Virus record (IMG/VR): IMGVR_UViG_3300021405_000011
DNA: 20,000 bases
Reading direction: 5' to 3' (one strand)
Source of the DNA: an uncultured virus (IMG/VR IMGVR_UViG_3300021405_000011)
Taxonomy: Duplodnaviria > Heunggongvirae > Uroviricota > Caudoviricetes
In this document: positions 8,594 to 15,309 of the stretch, piece by piece
How the letters are laid out: the number at the start of each line of letters is the position of its first letter
How positions within the stretch are numbered: position 1 is the first letter of the stretch
Made by a program: the position numbers and the translations under genes
The notes under the pieces: model-generated
Databases searched by the model: none
What the model saw: the letters and a program-made list of their open reading frames with translations, nothing else
What the model was told of the DNA's origin: nothing

Positions 8594-8794
8594 TCACCGG
8601 CTCCTTGCGATTAGGGCACGTTTGGCCTGCTCCAACTGAGCATTCCTCACGTCTCCAATAGGCACGGTCGTATTCCAAACCATACTGCTATCGCGTGTGT
8701 CTACCACGTCCAAATACACACTGTCATTCGGACCTACGATAGTTCGTGTCTGAATATGCTGCCGTGTCTCAAAGTGCGACTTCACTTGTTCCAT
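8594..8794 (-). CDS. Hypothetical protein
   Basis: 66 aa, AGGAGG RBS. Confidence 0.7.
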   Translation of the reverse strand: MEQVKSHFETRQHIQTRTIVGPNDSVYLDVVDTRDSSMVWNTTVPIGDVRNAQLEQAKRALIARSR

Positions 8795-8904
8795 TTTATT
8801 CCTCCTTGTAACCTTTTGTTACATTGATGTACCTATGAATAATCCACATAGGATGCATCCCGACACGGTTAAGATTCACGTCCCTAACCGTGTGAAGCTG
8901 AACC

Positions 8905-9147
8905 CTAAACTGTCTGGGGAACTGTTACCGTCCTACTCGACCTCTCCACATGCGGCCCAAAATACTTGAGATTAACGTTAGGAACGTAGTAGACCGTGTG
9001 CTGCTCATACCCCATCGAATGTCCCAATTGGGTATCAATACACGTAATGATTAACGTATCCGCTTCCGTCCTCCACGTTGTATTGGCCAGAGGGAACAGT
9101 ATGGGCAACCGTCCTATAATCTCTAGCCTCAAAAATTGCTGTTCCAT
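8905..9147 (-). CDS. Hypothetical protein
   Basis: 80 aa, GGGAGAG RBS after module. Confidence 0.7.
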   Translation of the reverse strand: MEQQFLRLEIIGRLPILFPLANTTWRTEADTLIITCIDTQLGHSMGYEQHTVYYVPNVNLKYFGPHVERSSRTVTVPQTV

Positions 9148-9224
9148 CCATCTCTCTCCCGAGTTCCACTATCCATGAGTTAGAACTCCTTAATCTCACT
9201 CTCAACGAATGAGATTACAGCGGT

Positions 9225-9632
9225 CTAACGAATGAATCCCAAATCCATCAATAATCCCATCGGCATGTGACCGGCGTTCTTAGCGATATTGCTATAATTC
9301 CCTATCGCCTTCTTAGCTATCGTGGACTCCGATATCCCCGGCACTATCTCATCCGCGAATTTCCACGCTTCTTTCTCCGCTACCAACGTGTCATTCGCTG
9401 AGGAATGATATCTCCCGCTATTCATCGCCGCCGGGGTCTCTAGTATCCTTCCCACAAAATGCCCCAACTCGTGAGCAAGGACAGCGGGAGTATTATCCTC
9501 TCCCGACCTCTCCTTATCCCCTTTGGGATTCAGGACAATCTTGTAATCTCCCGTCACATTGTCCCTTTTTGTGAAGCTAGACTTAGTGGAATCCTCGTCT
9601 ATCCACACTTCCAACGTTCCCAATTTCCTCAT
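9225..9632 (-). CDS. HExxH zinc metallopeptidase-like protein (ImmA/IrrE-like), paralog 1
   Basis: VLAHELGH plus downstream AEKEAWKFA (candidate third ligand Glu). Confidence 0.75.
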   Translation of the reverse strand: MRKLGTLEVWIDEDSTKSSFTKRDNVTGDYKIVLNPKGDKERSGEDNTPAVLAHELGHFVGRILETPAAMNSGRYHSSANDTLVAEKEAWKFADEIVPGISESTIAKKAIGNYSNIAKNAGHMPMGLLMDLGFIR

Positions 9633-9716
9633 CCATATTCTCCCTTGAGACTCCCTATTCCTCTAGGCGACTCTCCTTAGAGACACTGTTATCCAAACCA
9701 ATGTCCCTACAGCGGG

Positions 9717-10133
9717 TCACTTAAAATTATCACTCGCGTCTTCCATCAACGCATCCGCTCCCCATTCCTTCATCCCCTCCAGAAAGTCATTCATGGGTTC
9801 GGTATACACCGGCCTCTTGACAATCCCCGGTACAATCTTCTCCGAGAATCCCCACGCCTCTTTCTCCGCAGCATATTGCTGACCTAACGTGGTAGTGGGC
9901 AATCCACTCCGTTCAGAGATAGGCGTCCTGAACAAATGCGCCACAACATGCCCCAACTCGTGTGCGAATATGTCTTCGGTATCCTTCCCTGCACTACCAA
10001 ACGCCTTGTCAGCGTTAGGCCGCAGATAAATCTCAAATGTGTTACTGTCCGTCTGCCAATGCGTGTAAGAGCTTCCATCTCCCTTACCCGCATCTTTGTC
10101 CAGGAACACCTTGATTAAAGCTATTTGTTCCAT
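9717..10133 (-). CDS. HExxH zinc metallopeptidase-like protein (ImmA/IrrE-like), paralog 2
   Basis: IFAHELGH plus AEKEAWGFS..IVPGI; start MEQIAL at 10133 after GGGAGA. Confidence 0.75.
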   Translation of the reverse strand: MEQIALIKVFLDKDAGKGDGSSYTHWQTDSNTFEIYLRPNADKAFGSAGKDTEDIFAHELGHVVAHLFRTPISERSGLPTTTLGQQYAAEKEAWGFSEKIVPGIVKRPVYTEPMNDFLEGMKEWGADALMEDASDNFK

Positions 10134-10200
10134 AACTATCTCCCTGAGACATAATGTAAGTCTCATATAGTACACTCGCACTGAATGTACTATCTGTGAA

Positions 10201-10296
10201 TCACATATATATCCGGTAATACGCCAACGCAGCGTACCCAGCGACTAACCACCAAAACACTCGTTTCAAAATAGACTCAGCACGTTCCGTCGTCAT
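10201..10296 (-). CDS. 31-aa membrane microprotein
   Basis: GGAGG RBS; MTTERAESILKRVFWWLVAGYAALAYYRIYM. Confidence 0.6.
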   Translation of the reverse strand: MTTERAESILKRVFWWLVAGYAALAYYRIYM

Positions 10297-10615
10297 GGCA
10301 ATTCCTCCCTATCCATTCCGTCCCCACATAAGCCGGACTAGGATAATCCCGTTTAGGCGAATCACTAGGATTCACCCAACCATGGTTAACCTCATGTGTC
10401 ACCTGATGAACTGGACACGCCGCTTGCATCCCTACAATCGTTGGATACAATCGTCTCGCCACAAACTCCGCGTAGAACTCCGGCCACGAGACATTCTCCC
10501 TATTAATCTCATCCACTGAACGTCCCTCAGCCTTCATGTTCTCCACAAGGTTATGATGAGCCTTCCCAGCCTCAATCAACGCCGACTCGATAGCCAGCTT
10601 CAAACTAGTTTCCAT
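10277..10615 (-). CDS. Hypothetical protein
   Basis: 112 aa, GGGAGA RBS after module. Confidence 0.7.
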   Translation of the reverse strand: METSLKLAIESALIEAGKAHHNLVENMKAEGRSVDEINRENVSWPEFYAEFVARRLYPTIVGMQAACPVHQVTHEVNHGWVNPSDSPKRDYPSPAYVGTEWIGRNCHDDGTC

Positions 10616-10765
10616 ATCTATCTCCCTCTAGACTCCCTACAAAGCGAGTCTCCCCACGTCCCCTCACTTGGACAGCCATACAGGCGACGGCATGAATAAT
10701 CGTCCCGTTATTACTAGCGCTCACTGATATGGCCATCCAAGAGAAGGGACGTGTAGCGAATCACT

Positions 10766-10924
10766 TTAACTGTGAAAGTTATCCCTATAGGCGTCGCGGT
10801 AATCCACCGCATCGTCCACGTCCTCCACGTCCCCACTCCCATCGTCATCCGGGTCCGGTCTAGCAGAGCGTAATCTCTCAATCACTCTCTCCCACCACCC
10901 CTTACTTGCTTCCGTATAACTCAT
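10766..10924 (-). CDS. Small acidic protein
   Basis: Asp-rich C-terminus; start likely MSYTEA (10924) after GAGG. Confidence 0.55.
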   Translation of the reverse strand: MSYTEASKGWWERVIERLRSARPDPDDDGSGDVEDVDDAVDYRDAYRDNFHS

Positions 10925-11039
10925 AGACCTCAATCCCTTCCGTTCCATACATGAGAATCACGCCTATCACCGATACCGCTATTCCTCCCAGTACCAGCAA
11001 CGCGCTACCCTCCAATATGGAGACTATCCATGTTGGCAT
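10902..11039 (-). CDS. 45-aa membrane microprotein
   Basis: GGGAGAG RBS after module; MPTWIVSILEGSALLVLGGIAVSVIGVILMYGTEGIEVYELYGSK. Confidence 0.65.
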   Translation of the reverse strand: MPTWIVSILEGSALLVLGGIAVSVIGVILMYGTEGIEVYELYGSK

Positions 11040-11115
11040 ATACTCTCCCGAATGTCACCACGAAATATAAGTAACACTCATACTACCCACTAATTTCTAA
11101 TGGGCAGTCTGCGGA

Positions 11116-11430
11116 TTACTTAACCGTATTCGTCAATTTATCCAGAGTGTGACCTTCAAAGTAACGGTCACGTTCAATCTTGAGTCCCCCAGGTCCCCTC
11201 ACTGACTCCAATTCAGACAGCAGAAAGTTCCCCAGTTCCTTTTCGTGTCCTTCCACCAATCCAAAGAACTCCCAATCCCCATTGACCTTATTCCCCTCCA
11301 CCGCGTACCACGTCCAATAACTCCACGGTGTGAAGAATTTAACTATCACTGGGACAGGATTCACCTTCTCAGTGGAATACAGCGGAGACTTGAGTAACTT
11401 ACTCTCAATCTCCTTGGTAATCATTTGCAT
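11116..11430 (-). CDS. DUF2958-like protein
   Basis: VKFFTPWSYWTWYAVE...FFGLVEGHEKELGNFLLSELESVRGPGGLKIERDRYF; start MQMIT at 11430. Confidence 0.8.
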   Translation of the reverse strand: MQMITKEIESKLLKSPLYSTEKVNPVPVIVKFFTPWSYWTWYAVEGNKVNGDWEFFGLVEGHEKELGNFLLSELESVRGPGGLKIERDRYFEGHTLDKLTNTVK

Positions 11431-11494
11431 AATCACTCTCCCGAGACTAAGTAAGTCCCACAGTGAGCACTCTCCCCGAATGCCCACGAGCGAA

Positions 11495-11767
11495 TCACTT
11501 ATTCGCAATATAACTCGCACATACTGGAGCATGTAACTCCGTTGTAGCGTCACCCTCGTTTGCCAGAAGATAGTAATACCTCTCCCCATCCCCTAAACTC
11601 TCTTGGATATACACTGGCTTCCCTTGTTTAGCATGTTCGATAGCCAAGTTAAGGGCAATCTTATCCCTCTTCCAAGCCACCTTATCCAAGGTTAGAGACT
11701 TAACCTTCCTATACTCCCGGCGACACGCTAATAACTCCTCTAACGTCGCCTGTCTCATTCCTTCCAC
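11495..11767 (-). CDS. Hypothetical protein
   Basis: 90 aa, GGGAGG RBS after module. Confidence 0.7.
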   Translation of the reverse strand: MEGMRQATLEELLACRREYRKVKSLTLDKVAWKRDKIALNLAIEHAKQGKPVYIQESLGDGERYYYLLANEGDATTELHAPVCASYIANK

Positions 11768-11838
11768 TACTCACCTCCCATCACCCTAACGTAAGTGATT
11801 TCAGAGAGGCACTGTCTCCAGTGCCCTACTGGAATAAC

Positions 11839-12060
11839 TTACCTCTTGCGCGGTCCCAAATCTTCCCACGGTCCAAACTTCCCCGCACCGGGAAGAATCT
11901 CCCGCCGCCAGTTGTGATTGTCACAACTCACGGTTTCTTGATATCTCACATCCTCCGCAATCTTCGGAACAGGCCGCTCTGATAATTCCTTCAACGCGGC
12001 CACAACTCCCGCCGACTGCAATTGCTCCAATTTCTCCGTCGTTGCTGTCTTCGTTTCCAT
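11839..12060 (-). CDS. Hypothetical protein
   Basis: 73 aa, AGGAG RBS after module. Confidence 0.7.
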   Translation of the reverse strand: METKTATTEKLEQLQSAGVVAALKELSERPVPKIAEDVRYQETVSCDNHNWRREILPGAGKFGPWEDLGPRKR

Positions 12061-12136
12061 AATTCTCCTTGATACTTATAGAGTAAGTATCGTGATGCCC
12101 ACTATCTCTAATGGGCATCCCACTAATCACTCTCTC

Positions 12137-12304
12137 TTACTCCCCGAGAGGGTCCTCATCCGTCCCATTGTCCGGGTCACTCAGGTACCGATTTAGCGCA
12201 TCGTTAAACTGCGCCTGCTGTTCCGGCGTCGGTTGCGTCTCCGCGTGTGCTCCCTGAGCCGCTTTCGCTGCCTGAGCCGTGGTATGCTTGCGAGTCTTTG
12301 TCAT
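12137..12304 (-). CDS. Small hypothetical protein
   Basis: Start MTKTRKH at 12304 after GGAG; upstream part of the track ORF is module sequence. Confidence 0.6.
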   Translation of the reverse strand: MTKTRKHTTAQAAKAAQGAHAETQPTPEQQAQFNDALNRYLSDPDNGTDEDPLGE

Positions 12305-12384
12305 AGTGTCTCCACTCACTCTGTCCACATTGCCTAATGAACATTGTGTGTCCCACTTTCGGACCCCAAATGGGACACCCACTG

Positions 12385-12476
12385 TCCACTATTCCCATAC
12401 CAGTTAGGTGACGCTCACCTCCACGTTGCCGGGTATAACTGGCTAGAACCCGGCGAGTTAAATGGGTATCAGTGGA
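12385..12476 (-). ncRNA. Putative structured RNA: three-way junction with possible pseudoknot
   Basis: Closing stem 12385-12398/12462-12476; hairpins 12406-12420 and 12428-12454; loop TAACTGG (12436-12442) complementary to CCAGTTA (12400-12406). Confidence 0.5.
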
Positions 12477-12479
12477 AAC

Positions 12480-12749
12480 TTAATCGCTAACGTGGTGAGG
12501 ATTCCTACTTCCCCTCTGCACTTTCCCCTGTCCATTTTGCGGCGCTTTAATCAACCCATCCCGCATTAACCGGACAGCCGTCCTACCGTAACTCCCCTGC
12601 AATTGCCACACCATCCCAGTATCCACAAGATGCTGGAATAACGTGACAATCGCATCCTCATCCAATTCCCCACTCTCATAGGCCATAATCTGACCTACGG
12701 TGTCATAGGGTTTGAATATCTGAGGGAGTTTGCTTACTTGTCTCGCCAT
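12480..12749 (-). CDS. Hypothetical phage protein
   Basis: IMAYESGEL...LFQHLVDTGMVWQLQGSYGRTA pattern; GGGAGAG RBS. Confidence 0.75.
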   Translation of the reverse strand: MARQVSKLPQIFKPYDTVGQIMAYESGELDEDAIVTLFQHLVDTGMVWQLQGSYGRTAVRLMRDGLIKAPQNGQGKVQRGSRNPHHVSD

Positions 12750-12984
12750 ATCACTCTCCCTTTGTTCTCTCCTTGAATGGCAGTAAGTAGACCAACAATA
12801 GGAACAAAACTGTTCCCATCGCTACTCTCCCCACTGTCTCAAGGAAGAACACTAACGAGAGTGTGTCACTATCGCCCACTCTCATGGTTGTCTCCCCGCG
12901 TCCCCAACTATCCTAACTAGGTGCGCGATGCATCACATTACCCGTAACTATGAATAATGTGATGACTCTCGCATCTACTTGGAT

Positions 12985-13299
12985 TCAACTTACGTTTGGC
13001 TCAATAGTGTCCATTAGACTAGGTTCCCCATGTCCAGCCAGCATCCTAACCTCAGCGTAATCACGAGAGTAATCCCTATCACTCCCGCAACATTGAGTCA
13101 GTTTATGGAGATAAAGCGCGACGATTGGATGAGTGTTAACCCATGTAGTACTCTCACCTATTCTGTGCGCCTCATTCCACAGAGTAGACAGCGCACGGTT
13201 AAGACTCCCAACAATCCCAGAGACATTAACGCCATCTTGCACGTTAAGGCATTCCTGAGCTTCATCGGCCACCGTACGTGTATTAGGCTCCCATGTCAT
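12985..13299 (-). CDS. Hypothetical protein
   Basis: 104 aa, GGAGG RBS. Confidence 0.7.
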   Translation of the reverse strand: MTWEPNTRTVADEAQECLNVQDGVNVSGIVGSLNRALSTLWNEAHRIGESTTWVNTHPIVALYLHKLTQCCGSDRDYSRDYAEVRMLAGHGEPSLMDTIEPNVS

Positions 13300-13301
13300 A
13301 A

Positions 13302-13379
13302 TTAGTTATCCTCCCTCCTCATTAACTCACTAGTAATCAACATGAGGAAGAGGAAACTAATAACTACAAACGTTGTCAT
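13302..13379 (-). CDS. 25-aa membrane microprotein
   Basis: GGGAGAG RBS; MTTFVVISFLFLMLITSELMRREDN. Confidence 0.6.
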   Translation of the reverse strand: MTTFVVISFLFLMLITSELMRREDN

Positions 13380-13523
13380 AGTATCCACTCTCCCAGAGCA
13401 ACCAACGAATATGCTCTGCGTCCGTTACAGTCGTAATCTGTGAATCCCTAGTAAGATTCATTCCCCATTCGGTACTCGACTAGCAGAATACCGACAGACC
13501 ACTGTAACGGATGCACGGCATAT

Positions 13524-13640
13524 TCACCGTGTGCGTAACTTCGTCCAATACCCAAACCCCATTTTCGTAAACGCTTTCCCCATAGCCAGTAATATCACCA
13601 TAACGAAAACGAGTATGGACAATACTTTACTGTTCATCAT
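13524..13640 (-). CDS. 38-aa membrane microprotein
   Basis: GGAGG RBS; MMNSKVLSILVFVMVILLAMGKAFTKMGFGYWTKLRTR. Confidence 0.6.
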   Translation of the reverse strand: MMNSKVLSILVFVMVILLAMGKAFTKMGFGYWTKLRTR

Positions 13641-13719
13641 TCCTACACCCTCCCAACACCCAACCTACTCCTCCCAAAACTATCAACGTGATGTAGAGGA
13701 GTATCACGATATTCAACAT
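13627..13719 (-). CDS. 30-aa membrane microprotein
   Basis: GAGG RBS; MLNIVILLYITLIVLGGVGWVLGGCRNDEQ. Confidence 0.6.
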   Translation of the reverse strand: MLNIVILLYITLIVLGGVGWVLGGCRNDEQ

Positions 13720-13880
13720 TGGATTTACCTCAGAGCAAGAATACGCTCTATTAGAGGAGTTAATGTCTAACTAGAATGAAATAATACAGAACTGGTAAAC
13801 TCACAATCCTATTCCCACTAACTCCGCTAACAGAGGATACTCACTTGAGTACGCTCTATTAAGGGATTGCCTATGAGAAA

Positions 13881-14084
13881 CTACTTGACCTTGATTACCA
13901 CACCGTTTTCCATGGTCGCCTGAGCGTACCACGTGTGCGGTGCTGGATAATGCGGACCTTCCACGTATTCAATCCCATTATCCTTCGGACTGCCCAAACC
14001 CGGTGCGTACAACCTAACCTTCGCTCCAGACTCGACAGCCAAACGAAATTGCTTCTTTGTTTTATAGTTCTCTACGGTATACAT
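13881..14084 (-). CDS. Small hypothetical phage protein enclosed by inverted repeats
   Basis: 67 aa, GGGAGG RBS; EGPHYPAPHTWYA segment. Confidence 0.75.
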   Translation of the reverse strand: MYTVENYKTKKQFRLAVESGAKVRLYAPGLGSPKDNGIEYVEGPHYPAPHTWYAQATMENGVVIKVK

Positions 14085-14130
14085 GGTCTAGTTCCTCCCA
14101 TGCAATCCCTTAACAGAACATACTTCTAAT

Positions 14131-14365
14131 GGAGTGTGTCCTGTAAACTGGATAACTCGCCAAACATCCATTAAGCTGTCTACCCTAATAGCTATGGACT
14201 CTTAGACTTTTGCTGTACTGGCCTGTAGAGCTTGTTAGCGTCAATACAGGCAATCTTCACCTATCAGTACAGTTTGCTATCCAGTTAACAGAACACACTC
14301 CCACACTCCCATATTCGGTATAACCGTTATCCAATGGACTCGGTTAATCCTACTTAGAGAGTGTG
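14131..14365 (-). ncRNA. Putative large structured intergenic RNA
   Basis: 24-nt imperfect closing stem 14131-14154/14278-14301 with nested stems CTGTACTG/CAGTACAG and GCCTGTA/TACAGGC; further stem 14302-14365. Confidence 0.55.
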
Positions 14366-14397
14366 GAATTATGTTTGTGCGGCATGCGACGCGAGAG

Positions 14398-14778
14398 TTA
14401 ACTCGCGTGTAACTCTTCCCGGTATTCCTTCGCTGTCCTACTGAAAACATCGGCCATATGACCGTCGCCAAGCAAAACTTGCTCAGCGGCCATCGTTACC
14501 CCAACGAAATATACCGGATTGTAAGTCTTCCCTTGCCGAATGCCGCGCAACATACTGACAGCATCCTCAAGAATAGCCTTACTCTCTTGACTCAGTACCA
14601 GAATTGCTTGCATGGAATGGTCTCCCTTAACAGGATTTAACTCCCCCGTCCCATGCCGCCAAAACTTGAATTGAGCTATCTGTTTGCGCCGCGTCTTACT
14701 AGCCTTTCGCCGTCCCACAATAGGGACGATACTGTCAATGCACGCGAAGGATGCGGCAACCGTCTTTTCATTCTGCAT
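14398..14778 (-). CDS. Hypothetical protein, first gene of the leftward array (true start may be 14613)
   Basis: Track ORF; best RBS (AAGGGAG) precedes MQAILV at 14613. Confidence 0.55.
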   Translation of the reverse strand: MQNEKTVAASFACIDSIVPIVGRRKASKTRRKQIAQFKFWRHGTGELNPVKGDHSMQAILVLSQESKAILEDAVSMLRGIRQGKTYNPVYFVGVTMAAEQVLLGDGHMADVFSRTAKEYREELHAS

Positions 14779-14784
14779 GGTTTA

Positions 14785-15083
14785 GTCCGTTTTGCTACGG
14801 ACGCCTTGTCCCCCCGAATGCTAGTGACAGACTGCCACTAGGCCGGAGACTACATCGGACCATACGAGTATCTGTTGCGCTCAATTATCACTAGGGCATT
14901 TATGACTACCTTTAGCCTAGCGCTCAGTTTGGCGTGCTACCCTACGGTCCCTTATCCATTGACTAGCAGGTTGCTTCGGGAGACTGCATTCTCAGACTGA
15001 GAACCTAACTACCCCATCCCTGCCCGCTATCCCATGACCTGCTCGGAACGCGGATTGCATCCGGGACGATACTCTCACAAGGC
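14785..15083. ncRNA. Putative structured leader or ncRNA
   Basis: No ORF; GCCTTGT/ACAAGGC closing pair (14803/15077) with nested CTAGTGA/TCACTAG, GTCCC/GGGAC, AGCAGGT/ACCTGCT. Confidence 0.4.
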
Positions 15084-15300
15084 CAAACTACTGCTATGGC
15101 ATGTAGCAAGACACTATCCACAGTTAACTTGCTGATTCTAATAGGTATGCCCGACACTCACTAGGTAAAATCGCCATAGCAATCTAAACGAGTTAACTCC
15201 CACTAGCGTCTAACCTACTGATTCTAATACACTTCATTACTATAGCGAATTTACATAGTGACTGTAATATCTACTCTCAAGAATAACGATATTCTAACGA

Positions 15301-15309
15301 TTATCCACA
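15301..15309 (+). promoter_or_regulatory. Consensus DnaA box
   Basis: TTATCCACA exact; 1-mismatch CTATCCACA at 15114-15122. Confidence 0.35.

Larger units (their letters stand above)
8807..13494 (-). repeat. Dispersed family of ~10 intergenic double-hairpin modules placed directly 5' of RBSs
   Basis: Copies at 9161-9226, 9647-9722, 10145-10204, 10630-10766, 11050-11120, 11443-11500, 11780-11839, 12071-12131, 12322-12378, 13441-13494, with a divergent one at 8807-8893; shared CACT..AATG stem core on + strand, co-varying flanking pairs. Confidence 0.85.

Noticed and set aside
9161..12378. Hairpins as rho-independent terminators
   Set aside because: No U-tract follows on either strand; they lead straight into an RBS
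12385..12476. Twister or HDV-like ribozyme call
   Set aside because: Only partial word matches (UAAC, GUGGAGG); twister P2/T2 and HDV P3/P1.1 could not be built
8807..13494. CRISPR array or classical integron attC array
   Set aside because: Repeats are not sequence-identical and are separated by whole genes; no consistent RYYYAAC/GTTRRRY ends; no cas or integrase gene in the window
14150..14282. c-di-GMP-I (GEMM) riboswitch resemblance (AGCAAAC, GCAAA, GUCUAAG words on the - strand)
   Set aside because: No GNRA tetraloop or GACGC segment and spacing does not fit; would need cmsearch to revive
2448..14841. + strand ORFs in the track across the leftward array (e.g. 3542-3931, 4450-4866, 7228-7671, 13531-13770)
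   Set aside because: Antisense shadows of tightly packed, RBS-bearing - strand genes; Pro/Ser/Leu-rich composition reflects base skew
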